This document shows positions 36,960 to 44,896 of a stretch of DNA of 64,000 nt, piece by piece (the stretch's first letter is position 1; every line of letters starts with the position of its first letter). Position numbers and translations under genes: made by a program. This DNA comes from a virus. Location: positions 5,671-69,670 of IMG/VR virus record IMGVR_UViG_3300033052_000036, one strand, 5' to 3'. The notes beneath the pieces are model-generated. The model worked only from the letters and a program-made list of their open reading frames with translations, made no database searches and was not told where the DNA came from.

Positions 36960-37858
36960 TAGGACTCCTGAGTGGTGAATTTGAAACATTCCGCGACACA
37001 TTGCCGATAGTCGACGGTGATCTCGTCGCCGTCGGCGCCGCCGCGACTGCCGGCGATCGGCGCCGTAGCGATCAAGGCCATATCCCCCCGCGCGTTCACG
37101 AGCTGCATGCGCGCATTCGGCGCCTTGGCGTGGTTCGTGAAGCGTCCGGCCGGCGTGCGCATGCCGTTGATGCGCGCCGGCGCGATGATTTCGCCGGCGG
37201 CGATCGCGGCCGTCGCGAACAGCCCTTGCCCCTCGATCGGCGACGGCGCAAGTCGCACCTTGTAGTCGCCCGGGGGGAATGGGATCTGGTCGGCCTCGTT
37301 CTCCGACTGCTGGCGGACCAGCTCGGCCGAGACTCCCAGCTCCGCGATCGCGGCCGCGAAGTCGTCCCGGTCCGCCTGACGCGCCAGGGTGTCCATCGCG
37401 CGCTGGAGATCGTGGTGCGCGGCCCAGCCGGCGCTCTTGTCGAGGAAAGCGGCCTCGATCGCGGCCACGTCGGTAAGGTTGGTGGCGTAGACGTTGAGCC
37501 ACACCACGTCCTCATGCACGTAGCCGACTTTTCGCCCAGGTGGGCCGGTAAAGCACATGGGCGCGACAAGCTCCCGGGTGGATCCGTCCTCCTGAATGAC
37601 CGTGACGCGGCCTTTCAGGAAGATATTGAGCTGTTCAAAGCGTTGGTGATGGCCGATGGCGAACGTACCGGCGGGCATGAACACCTCGCGCACGCAGATC
37701 CCGGGGCCAAAGCGGTGGATTACGGGGCACTCGACCTGCGGGGCTTGCAGCGCGGCGACTTCCGCCGCCTCGACCATGGCCGGGGTGATCGGAGACCCGC
37801 GCAACAGGGCCAGAATCGGCGCCGCGGCGCCCGCTTGATCGGTATGTGAAACGTCCAA
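36959..37858 (-). CDS. Cupin-like domain fused to a SET-domain methyltransferase
   Basis: N-terminal HRFGPGICVREVFMPAG..GHHQ; C-terminal SPIEGQGLFA, GRFTNHAKAPNA, GDEITVDY are the three SET motifs. TTG start uncertain. Confidence 0.85.
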   Translation of the reverse strand: MDVSHTDQAGAAAPILALLRGSPITPAMVEAAEVAALQAPQVECPVIHRFGPGICVREVFMPAGTFAIGHHQRFEQLNIFLKGRVTVIQEDGSTRELVAPMCFTGPPGRKVGYVHEDVVWLNVYATNLTDVAAIEAAFLDKSAGWAAHHDLQRAMDTLARQADRDDFAAAIAELGVSAELVRQQSENEADQIPFPPGDYKVRLAPSPIEGQGLFATAAIAAGEIIAPARINGMRTPAGRFTNHAKAPNARMQLVNARGDMALIATAPIAGSRGGADGDEITVDYRQCVAECFKFTTQES

Positions 37859-37933
37859 AGTCCTGCCTCTCTAAAAAGACAGGACGGAGTGTATGAGTGG
37901 TTTTCCGAAAACTTGGAATTTAGTTTTCTGCTT

Positions 37934-37963
37934 AAAAACCGGGCATTCTCAGCCCGGATTTTT
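37934..37963 (-). terminator. Intrinsic terminator overlapping the stop of the 57-aa gene
   Basis: CCGGGC/GCCCGG stem with T tracts on both strands. Confidence 0.7.
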
Positions 37964-38122
37964 CGGGTAACGGGCCTTCACGGCCGCGATCTTGGCGTTG
38001 TAGGCGTCCATTTTCGAGTTATCGCCCTGGCTCTGCCAGTAGAGCGCGTCCGCCAGATCCGCCAGCGGCGGGTAGGCGGCGCGGCGCAGGGCGTCCACGT
38101 CCTCGGTGTGCTGGATGATCAT
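37949..38122 (-). CDS. 57-aa tail-associated protein (below the ORF-track cutoff)
   Basis: MIIQHTEDVDALRRAAYPPLADLADALYW...IAAVKARYPKNPG; ATGA overlap; RxxxYP...KARYPK pattern of tail-fibre assembly proteins. Confidence 0.75.
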   Translation of the reverse strand: MIIQHTEDVDALRRAAYPPLADLADALYWQSQGDNSKMDAYNAKIAAVKARYPKNPG

Positions 38123-38475
38123 GTGCTGACCTCAAATTGTGCGTCGATGAAGGGGAAGGCCCGGACCGTGACCTCGTAGCGGCCCGGGTAGGTGAATTCC
38201 AGGGTGGCGTGTGACTCGGTGCAGGCGTAGGGCTTGCCGTTGATGATGATCTCGGACGGCACGGGCAGGGCGTTGAGCCTGCGATCGCCGAACGTGGCCG
38301 GGTTCGCCGGGCGCGGCACGATCTGGCCCTTGCGCACGTAGAACAGGTTGCCGTCGATCGGGGCGCCGGTCGGGCTCTCCATGAAGCCCGGTTCGTTCGG
38401 CGCGGCGTGATCCGAGACCCAGCCGATGATCTGGCCGGTCGCGGGCAGGAAGTGGATGTAGGTCTGATACTTCAT
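38119..38475 (-). CDS. Tail-associated hypothetical protein
   Basis: Coupled to the upstream tail gene; TGQIIG..YVRKGQIVPRP pattern. Confidence 0.75.
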   Translation of the reverse strand: MKYQTYIHFLPATGQIIGWVSDHAAPNEPGFMESPTGAPIDGNLFYVRKGQIVPRPANPATFGDRRLNALPVPSEIIINGKPYACTESHATLEFTYPGRYEVTVRAFPFIDAQFEVST

Positions 38476-40019
38476 TTCATTACGCCGAAGATGGTCATGT
38501 TGCGGTTGGTTGCCCAGATTGCATCATTGCTGCGCCGGTACAGCTCCACGCGGTAGGTGCCGGCTTGCAGGAAGCGCGCGCCCGACAGCGCGACGGCGTC
38601 CAGCGGGCTCGATCCGCCGGCGAAAGCCACCTCCAGGCCGTCGATCCGAAGCGACATGTTCCACTCGTGGTCGCCGTCGCGCGAGGCCTGCGAGCAGGTC
38701 ACGAGGGCCAGGATGTGCCCGGGCTGGGTCAGGGTCACGCTGGTCGAGAGAATGTCCTTGTACAGCCATTCCCACTTGTCGAGCACGCGCGCCTCGTCGG
38801 TGCGCGATACGACTTTCGGGATGGTGACGGCATTGCCCTTGATCTGGAGCGTGTCGACGGCCAGATCATCGATCTGGGCGCCGCCGACGACTTTCAGGGC
38901 GAGCTTGTCACGCTCGACCGAGAAGGCCGCGAGCTGCTTTGCGCTGATCGTTTCGGTCGCGACGAGGCTCCCGTCGACGGCCACGAGGCCGGTTCTGGCG
39001 TCGATCGCGAACGGGACCGCGTTCGGCTTGCCCGGGGCGCCGACGGCGAACTTATCGGCCAGGACGAGGAAAGAGGACTCGGCCTTGCCGCCGGTGGTCA
39101 CGCCCGAATTGAGAGCCAGGCCGGCGACATAGCCATCGAGATCGATCTTGACGCCCCACTTGCCGCTCAGGCCCTTGATGGTGTCGGCCGTGACCGTCGC
39201 TTCTTCGCGCAGGATCGCTATCGCCTTGTTGGCGGTGCCGGCGGCCGCTGCGGCGCCCTCGGCGGTGGCCTGGAGCTGGTCAAACTTCGTCGCCACGCTG
39301 CCAACCGGATTCACGGCAATATCAGTGCCGGACTGCACGAGGGCCTGATTCGTGCCCACGCGCGCCCAGATCGTATTGATCGCACTGGCGAGCGCGTTGT
39401 CGTTGTTCGCCGTGGTGGTCAGCTTTTGCTCGATGCCGGCGAGCGAGCGGCCGGTCTCGGCCACGATCGCCGAGAGCTGCTGCGCGAAGCTCTCGCCCTG
39501 GGCGACGCGCGCGATGCGCTCTTGGCCGATGGCGGCCGTGTTCTCGCCGAGGCGCGCAACCAGCGTTTCCCGGGTCGAGACAAGCTGCTCGTTCGTGTCC
39601 GCTACTTGACTCTCGACGCGGTAGATCCCGGTTTGCCGGGCGCGGGCCTCCTGCAAGAGCTGGTAGGCGAAGCTGCCGGGCAGAGTGTCGGGCGCGTCGA
39701 TCGCTTGCAGGCGCGAGAACATCGCCAGCCACGCCGGCGAGCGCATGATCGAGTCGCGGAGCTGGTTCGCCAGCTCGGCGAGCGGCTGGCCGGGGTCGGA
39801 TCCGGTGATCGCGGCCGCCAGTGGCGCGCTGATCGCCTTTACCAGCGCCTTACCCTTGCCGCCGCGCAGGTCGGCCATGGTCAGGAATGCTTGATCCCCG
39901 TTGCCCACGTCGCCATTGCGCACGGCGATGCCGTCGGCCATCGCGCGCAGGACATCGCGCACCTGGGGATCCTTGACCGCCTGAATGGATGCCGACGAGA
40001 TCGACGGTACTGCTGCCAT
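38472..40019 (-). CDS. Tail tip/host-specificity-like protein (lambda J C-terminal-like)
   Basis: Coiled coil followed by KWGVKIDLDGYVAGLAL..FLVLADKFAV..PFAID. Confidence 0.75.
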   Translation of the reverse strand: MAAVPSISSASIQAVKDPQVRDVLRAMADGIAVRNGDVGNGDQAFLTMADLRGGKGKALVKAISAPLAAAITGSDPGQPLAELANQLRDSIMRSPAWLAMFSRLQAIDAPDTLPGSFAYQLLQEARARQTGIYRVESQVADTNEQLVSTRETLVARLGENTAAIGQERIARVAQGESFAQQLSAIVAETGRSLAGIEQKLTTTANNDNALASAINTIWARVGTNQALVQSGTDIAVNPVGSVATKFDQLQATAEGAAAAAGTANKAIAILREEATVTADTIKGLSGKWGVKIDLDGYVAGLALNSGVTTGGKAESSFLVLADKFAVGAPGKPNAVPFAIDARTGLVAVDGSLVATETISAKQLAAFSVERDKLALKVVGGAQIDDLAVDTLQIKGNAVTIPKVVSRTDEARVLDKWEWLYKDILSTSVTLTQPGHILALVTCSQASRDGDHEWNMSLRIDGLEVAFAGGSSPLDAVALSGARFLQAGTYRVELYRRSNDAIWATNRNMTIFGVMK

Positions 40020-40020
40020 G

Positions 40021-41784
40021 TTAGATTTCCTTTAATCCTCGAATGGACGGGCCGCCCTTGAGCCACTTGAAGCGGCCGGTGCCGCTGATCTCGAACTGCC
40101 AGCGGTCGGACGGCTCCAGCCCGGCATGCCCGTCCATGGGCTCGCTCGGGGTGTGGAACGTCGTGCTGCCGGTGGTGACGTTCTCGGTGTAGCCCAGCAC
40201 GCCGTTCTGGTAGAACTTGATGGTGAACTCGCCCTCGCACTCGACCTGCACGGCCGCGAGCACGGCCGGCGCCGGCAGGACGATGTCGCCGGACTTCCAG
40301 CGCAGCGGGAGCGGGGCGCCGCCGCCGAACTGGTACAGGGCATTGCCCTTGACCGTATACATCTGGTCCGACGTGGTCAGGACCAGCGCCGTCGAGGCCT
40401 CGAAGTTCGGCAACTCCGTCATTTCCCCGCCGCCTTCCGACAGGTCGACCATGAAGGCCTTGAACTTGTTCGACTTCGAGAACACGATCAGCCGGCCGTC
40501 GTAGCGGGCAAACTGCATGGTGTTCAGCCATGGGCCGTAACGCGATCGCCACACGTCGCGGGTGAAGAAGCGTTCGGACAGGTTGAAGCTCGGGGTTCCG
40601 CCCTGGATCGTCACCAGTCCGTCATGGCAGGCATAGACGGCCACGCCGGCGAGACTCATCAGGGACCACTTGGACACGCCGGCCTGGGCGATTTCGAGCG
40701 GGAGCTGCGCCATGGCGTCCGGGCTCACGCCGGAAACGATGTAGGGCTCGCCTACGGTCGTCACCAGCGCGCCGGTGCCGTGCCGCGCGGCGCCGACGAT
40801 CGTGTTCTTGACCGTGACGACATACTCGGGCGGCCAGGACCACGGCCGGTAAGGGTCGCTGAACCACAGCTCGCGGCCCTTCCACGCGCACAGGATCCCG
40901 TTGCCGATGTTGAACAGGCCGCGCAGCTTGGGATCCGGCGGGTAGGCGCTCAGGCTCGACAGCGGCTCGTTGAGCGCGCCGGCCTTGACCGCGTCCACTA
41001 CCTGCGGTGCGCCCGGGCGGATCGCCATGGCGTACAGGTAGTCGGAGTTGGTCGTGCTGCCCGACGTGCGGTACAGCCGGGCCTCGCTGATCGGCACGTA
41101 GTCGCCGGCCGGGTCGAATTCCACGGTCACGGTCACGGTGCTGTAGGTGGTGACGCCGTCGTAGCTGATCGACTTCACCTCGACAACGGTAGGCGGGCTC
41201 GGCGGGCCTTCCTCGTTGTACACGTTGGCGTAGGTGTAGGCGTAGGCCCGGGTTTCGGTGGTGTACTGCTTCGCGGCCTTGAAGGCGGCCATCTTGGCCT
41301 CCGTCGCGGCCGCGAGGCGCGTTTCGTAGGTGTCGGCCGGCTCGGCATCGACCTCGACCTCGGGCGGCGCCGGCTCGGGCGGGTGTACCACGTCGACGCG
41401 CGGCGCCTTGGTCGGGCGCGGCACGCCCACGCGGAAGCTCGTGGTGGGCGTGGATCCGCCCAGGGTCGCCAGCGAGATCGGCGTCACGCGGAAGTCGCTG
41501 CCGGTGGTGTAGTACAGCCGATCGGAGGCGTCGCCGGACTGCAACGGGCTCACGGCCGCGTCAACGTCCTCGGTCCACGCATAGAAGCGCAGCCCGTCCT
41601 CGCTGAATACCGACTGCGCGGCGATCGCCAGCTCGCGCATGCGGAAGTCGCCGGCCACCGATCGCAGCTCGTTGTAGCCAAAATCGATGTTCTCCGCCAC
41701 CAGGGCGGCATTCGCAGGGAGATCCGTCGGGTTCACGCGCGGATAGATGCCGGCGAACTTGCGCAGGCTGATCGGCGGGCTCAT
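40021..41784 (-). CDS. Tail tubular/nozzle (DNA stabilisation) protein
   Basis: FAGIYPR N-terminus, YTYANVYNEEGPPSP, LWFSDPYRPWSWP beta-propeller-type repeats. Confidence 0.75.
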   Translation of the reverse strand: MSPPISLRKFAGIYPRVNPTDLPANAALVAENIDFGYNELRSVAGDFRMRELAIAAQSVFSEDGLRFYAWTEDVDAAVSPLQSGDASDRLYYTTGSDFRVTPISLATLGGSTPTTSFRVGVPRPTKAPRVDVVHPPEPAPPEVEVDAEPADTYETRLAAATEAKMAAFKAAKQYTTETRAYAYTYANVYNEEGPPSPPTVVEVKSISYDGVTTYSTVTVTVEFDPAGDYVPISEARLYRTSGSTTNSDYLYAMAIRPGAPQVVDAVKAGALNEPLSSLSAYPPDPKLRGLFNIGNGILCAWKGRELWFSDPYRPWSWPPEYVVTVKNTIVGAARHGTGALVTTVGEPYIVSGVSPDAMAQLPLEIAQAGVSKWSLMSLAGVAVYACHDGLVTIQGGTPSFNLSERFFTRDVWRSRYGPWLNTMQFARYDGRLIVFSKSNKFKAFMVDLSEGGGEMTELPNFEASTALVLTTSDQMYTVKGNALYQFGGGAPLPLRWKSGDIVLPAPAVLAAVQVECEGEFTIKFYQNGVLGYTENVTTGSTTFHTPSEPMDGHAGLEPSDRWQFEISGTGRFKWLKGGPSIRGLKEI

Positions 41785-42311
41785 TGGGCGCCTCCTTCAA
41801 TCGTGGCCTTCAACTTGCCGTAGGCCTCTCTCAAGCCGAGTGCTTGTTCGCGCCATGCGTGGCAGGCGGTGGCGTTGTGGGCGTCGACGGCTGCGACTTC
41901 AGATAGCGGAACGCCGGCGGGTTCTCGGTCAGACTCGGCGACAGGTCCGGCAGGCTCGTTTGCCCACGCGGCGTTGTATGTCCGCACGAAGCCAGCATTG
42001 ATGCTGCAACGGCCGTCATCAGCAGGCGTGACATAGACAGGGACTTGTTTTTCAATCGTTTCTCCTTTCTGGTAGACGGTGCGGATCCGGTCGCGGTACT
42101 TGATCTCGGTTTTCCACATGACGCGCACGGTGGCCTGGGTAAGCTTGGTGGTCTGCTCGGCGCGCTGCTCGGCCCGGGCCAGCTCGCGCTCGCCGGCGGC
42201 GGTCTCGCCCCACAGCACGCCCAGGAGGAACAGGCCGGCGCCGATCAGCAGGTAGCACAGCAGGCGGATCCAGAGGGGAGGGGTGGCAACGGCCAGTTTC
42301 GGCAAATTCAT
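41781..42311 (-). CDS. Rz: Inner-membrane spanin (Rz)
   Basis: N-terminal TM helix (LLCYLLIGAGLFLLGVLWG), coiled coil, periplasmic Cys residues; follows the endolysin. Confidence 0.8.
   Translation of the reverse strand: MNLPKLAVATPPLWIRLLCYLLIGAGLFLLGVLWGETAAGERELARAEQRAEQTTKLTQATVRVMWKTEIKYRDRIRTVYQKGETIEKQVPVYVTPADDGRCSINAGFVRTYNAAWANEPAGPVAESDREPAGVPLSEVAAVDAHNATACHAWREQALGLREAYGKLKATIEGGAQ
41831..42034 (-). CDS. Rz1: Outer-membrane spanin lipoprotein (Rz1) embedded in Rz
   Basis: Alternative frame inside Rz: MSRLLMTAVAASMLASC (lipobox LASC), Pro-rich mature part. Confidence 0.8.
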   Translation of the reverse strand: MSRLLMTAVAASMLASCGHTTPRGQTSLPDLSPSLTENPPAFRYLKSQPSTPTTPPPATHGANKHSA

Positions 42312-42387
42312 GTGGTGCTCCATCGTTTGTTGCTCAAATTCGGCAAAAAGTGGCGATCAAACGGTGTTGATCGCCACTGGTGAGGGT

Positions 42388-42879
42388 CTACGGGGACCTG
42401 TGTTGCTTCGGGATCTCGCCCAGGCACAGCCGGCGCTCGTACTCGCGGCGCCGCAACAGGCCGGGTACGTGCTGGCCGCCGGCGTAGGACCACGCCAGCA
42501 GCCCGTTACAGGCGCCCACGCGATCGCCGGCGTTCAGCTTCTTCACGAGCGAGGCCCGGCAGAAGGCGGATTCGCCGACGTTGTATGCAAACAGGGTGTA
42601 GGCGTCGTACTCGTGCTGCTGGAGCGGGACCTTGGCGCAGCGCAGGACCGCGCGGCCCTTCGCCAGCAGCTCACGCTTGGTCAGCGCGTCGCACTCGGCC
42701 CGGGTGTAGACCTTGTTGCGGACCACGTCGGCGCCGGCGTAGCCTTCGCAGACCGTCCAGACGTTGACGATGTCCTCGTAGGGCACGTAGCGGGTGCCTT
42801 CGAGGTAGGCCACGCTGGAGACCAGTGCGGCCGAGGCCAGCGCGATCGCGGTCAGCGGTCCTTTACTTGCGAGGCTCAT
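42388..42879 (-). CDS. SAR endolysin, GH24 lysozyme
   Basis: Weakly hydrophobic N-terminal SAR segment; E-8x-D-5x-T triad (LEG..EDIV..WTVC); C-terminal GLLRRREYE. Confidence 0.9.
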   Translation of the reverse strand: MSLASKGPLTAIALASAALVSSVAYLEGTRYVPYEDIVNVWTVCEGYAGADVVRNKVYTRAECDALTKRELLAKGRAVLRCAKVPLQQHEYDAYTLFAYNVGESAFCRASLVKKLNAGDRVGACNGLLAWSYAGGQHVPGLLRRREYERRLCLGEIPKQHRSP

Positions 42880-43142
42880 TCAGGCGCCTCCTTGCTGGCC
42901 GGCGAGCGCTCGCGGGTGCCGCGCCGCTCCTTCGAGCGCGGGACCCAGGCCGCGTTGCCGGTGGCCTTGTACTCGCGCCACATCGACCACGCCTTATGCG
43001 AGATCATCAGGACCAGATAGACCAGCGTGAGATAGTTGACGATGTCGGGCACGGTCAGATCCGAGAACGTGTTCGCGGCCGCGACTGCGATGGGAGGTGA
43101 TGCTTTGGTAGCCATGGCTGCTGTTTCTTCCGGGTGTGGCAT
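42876..43142 (-). CDS. Putative holin
   Basis: 88 aa, hydrophobic segments, basic C-terminus, ATGA-coupled to the endolysin. Confidence 0.7.
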   Translation of the reverse strand: MPHPEETAAMATKASPPIAVAAANTFSDLTVPDIVNYLTLVYLVLMISHKAWSMWREYKATGNAAWVPRSKERRGTRERSPASKEAPE

Positions 43143-43173
43143 GGTTGTGGGCTGGAGTGGGTGGTTGAGGACG

Positions 43174-43198
43174 AAAAAAAAGCCCGCCGAAGCGGGCT
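43174..43198 (-). terminator. Intrinsic terminator upstream of the holin
   Basis: AGCCCGC-ttcg-GCGGGCT-T8 on the minus strand. Confidence 0.8.
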
Positions 43199-43217
43199 CA
43201 CGGAAAAAACAGCGCGA

Positions 43218-43727
43218 CTACCTGGGCTTGCCGACGGCCAGCTTGAAGCGGAGCATCTTGGCGAGATCGCCCGGCGACAGGATCCGCGTGCGCTTGGGCC
43301 AGCCCGCGGCCTCGTAGGTCATCACGGAATAGCCGGCGCACGAAAGGACCTTGCGCGCGTTGATGGTCACGCTCAGGCGCAGGAAGTTGATCAGGCCGAT
43401 CACGGGGATCGAGAGCCAACCGTACTTGATGCGCTTGCGCAGCGCGGCGCGGATCGCGGCGATCGTGGCCTCGATGGTGACGCCGTCCGGGCGGGCGTAC
43501 ACATCGAAGTCAATGCCGTCGAGCTGGGACAGCGGAATCGCGTGGTTGTGGCCGCCGTTGATCTCGGACATCCACAGCTCGCCTTCTGCGTTCCAGAAGG
43601 CGATGCCGACATGGGTGTATGGCGAGTGGGTGAAGAACCGCGTCATCGGCGCCAGTACGCCGGTGCGGCCGCGCACGGCGATCAGGTCGCCGGTTTCGAT
43701 GTGTTTGCGTGCGTCGCTATATTGCAT
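43218..43727 (-). CDS. Permuted papain-like (YiiX/YebB, NlpC/P60) amidase
   Basis: GDLIAVRG, YTHVGIA (His precedes Cys), LSCAGY. Confidence 0.75.
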   Translation of the reverse strand: MQYSDARKHIETGDLIAVRGRTGVLAPMTRFFTHSPYTHVGIAFWNAEGELWMSEINGGHNHAIPLSQLDGIDFDVYARPDGVTIEATIAAIRAALRKRIKYGWLSIPVIGLINFLRLSVTINARKVLSCAGYSVMTYEAAGWPKRTRILSPGDLAKMLRFKLAVGKPR

Positions 43728-43751
43728 GAGTGGCTATGCTCCGTTGGTTGA

Positions 43752-44231
43752 TTATGCGTCCTGATCAATCTGGAACTCGACCGTGATCCCTTCCACCACG
43801 ATGGTCTGATTGGCTACCGTATCGGTCACGGTGCATTTCAGGATCGCGGTGGCATAGAAGGAGCCGTTCTTGAGCACGGTCTTGTTCACGCTCGGGCTTT
43901 GCAGCGTGTTGTTGGTCAGCGTCACGCCGACAGGCGTAGTGGTCAGTTCCCATGCGAAGTTGTACGACCCTGAGCCGGTCACTGTCACGCTCGGTCGCCC
44001 CACGAAGGTTGCGCCGCTGTTCGGGTTGGACTTTCCGGGGACCACGACGCTATAGCCGACCGCAGTGAAGTTGCTCTTGCCCCGGAAGTTGCTGTAGCTG
44101 ATCGTGCCGCTCGCCACCCCGGCCTTGCCACGCCAGAAGGAATCTCCCAGGCTCAGGGTGGTCCCGGCCGCGCGGCCGAACTCCACATTGATCTGACTGG
44201 CCGAGATCGAGCCGGACGATGGCAGTGCCAT
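43752..44231 (-). CDS. Tail fibre distal/adhesin-like protein
   Basis: MALPSSGSISASQINVEFG..ISYSNFRGKS N-terminus typical of gp38-like tip proteins. Confidence 0.7.
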   Translation of the reverse strand: MALPSSGSISASQINVEFGRAAGTTLSLGDSFWRGKAGVASGTISYSNFRGKSNFTAVGYSVVVPGKSNPNSGATFVGRPSVTVTGSGSYNFAWELTTTPVGVTLTNNTLQSPSVNKTVLKNGSFYATAILKCTVTDTVANQTIVVEGITVEFQIDQDA

Positions 44232-44896
44232 TACAGCCCCGCCTCGATCTGGTTGACCTGGGCCTGAATGTCGGCGAACACGGTGCGCGCAACTTCGATG
44301 GTCGGGGCCGAGAGGATGGCGTACTTACGCATGCGCTGCTCGGCATCGAGCTTGAACTGTGCCGCGCGCAGGGCGTCGGCTTGCGCGATGATGCGATCGG
44401 CCGCAGTGGCGTAGCTCAGGCCCGCGTTATCGGCGAAGTGGCTGATCCACGGGCTGACTTCGCCAGTGTAGCCGGCTTCCTGATAGGCTCGCGCTGCCGC
44501 CTCGCGCTCCACGTAGCCCATCTGGAAGCGGGTAAAGCGGGTGATGACGCCGGCGATCATCACGTCAACTTGCGCAACCATGTTTTGCCGTTGCTCCTGC
44601 TCGGTCAGCACTTTTGGCGCGTCCGGCTTGAACACTGGAGTGGCGGCCGCGATGACGTTTGATTCCAAGTGCACGAACATTCCGCCCATGCCTTCCGCCA
44701 GCTCCATTGCGATCTCCTGCAACTGGCCGGCGGTAGGTTCCTCGCCCTGGGCAAGCGCTGGGAATGGCCCGGTCACTGTCAAGGGGGAGGCGGCCCGGCC
44801 GCCTTTCTGGTCATCGACTACGGCGTCGAAGGACAGCTTGGCGATCTGCCCGGCTGCGTTGAAGGTGGCTTTCACGTTTTCTACGGTGCGTTTCAT
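44231..44896 (-). CDS. Tail fibre assembly-like protein
   Basis: Follows the fibre; YVEREAAARAY..IIAQAD..RMRK helical pattern. Confidence 0.65.
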   Translation of the reverse strand: MKRTVENVKATFNAAGQIAKLSFDAVVDDQKGGRAASPLTVTGPFPALAQGEEPTAGQLQEIAMELAEGMGGMFVHLESNVIAAATPVFKPDAPKVLTEQEQRQNMVAQVDVMIAGVITRFTRFQMGYVEREAAARAYQEAGYTGEVSPWISHFADNAGLSYATAADRIIAQADALRAAQFKLDAEQRMRKYAILSAPTIEVARTVFADIQAQVNQIEAGL

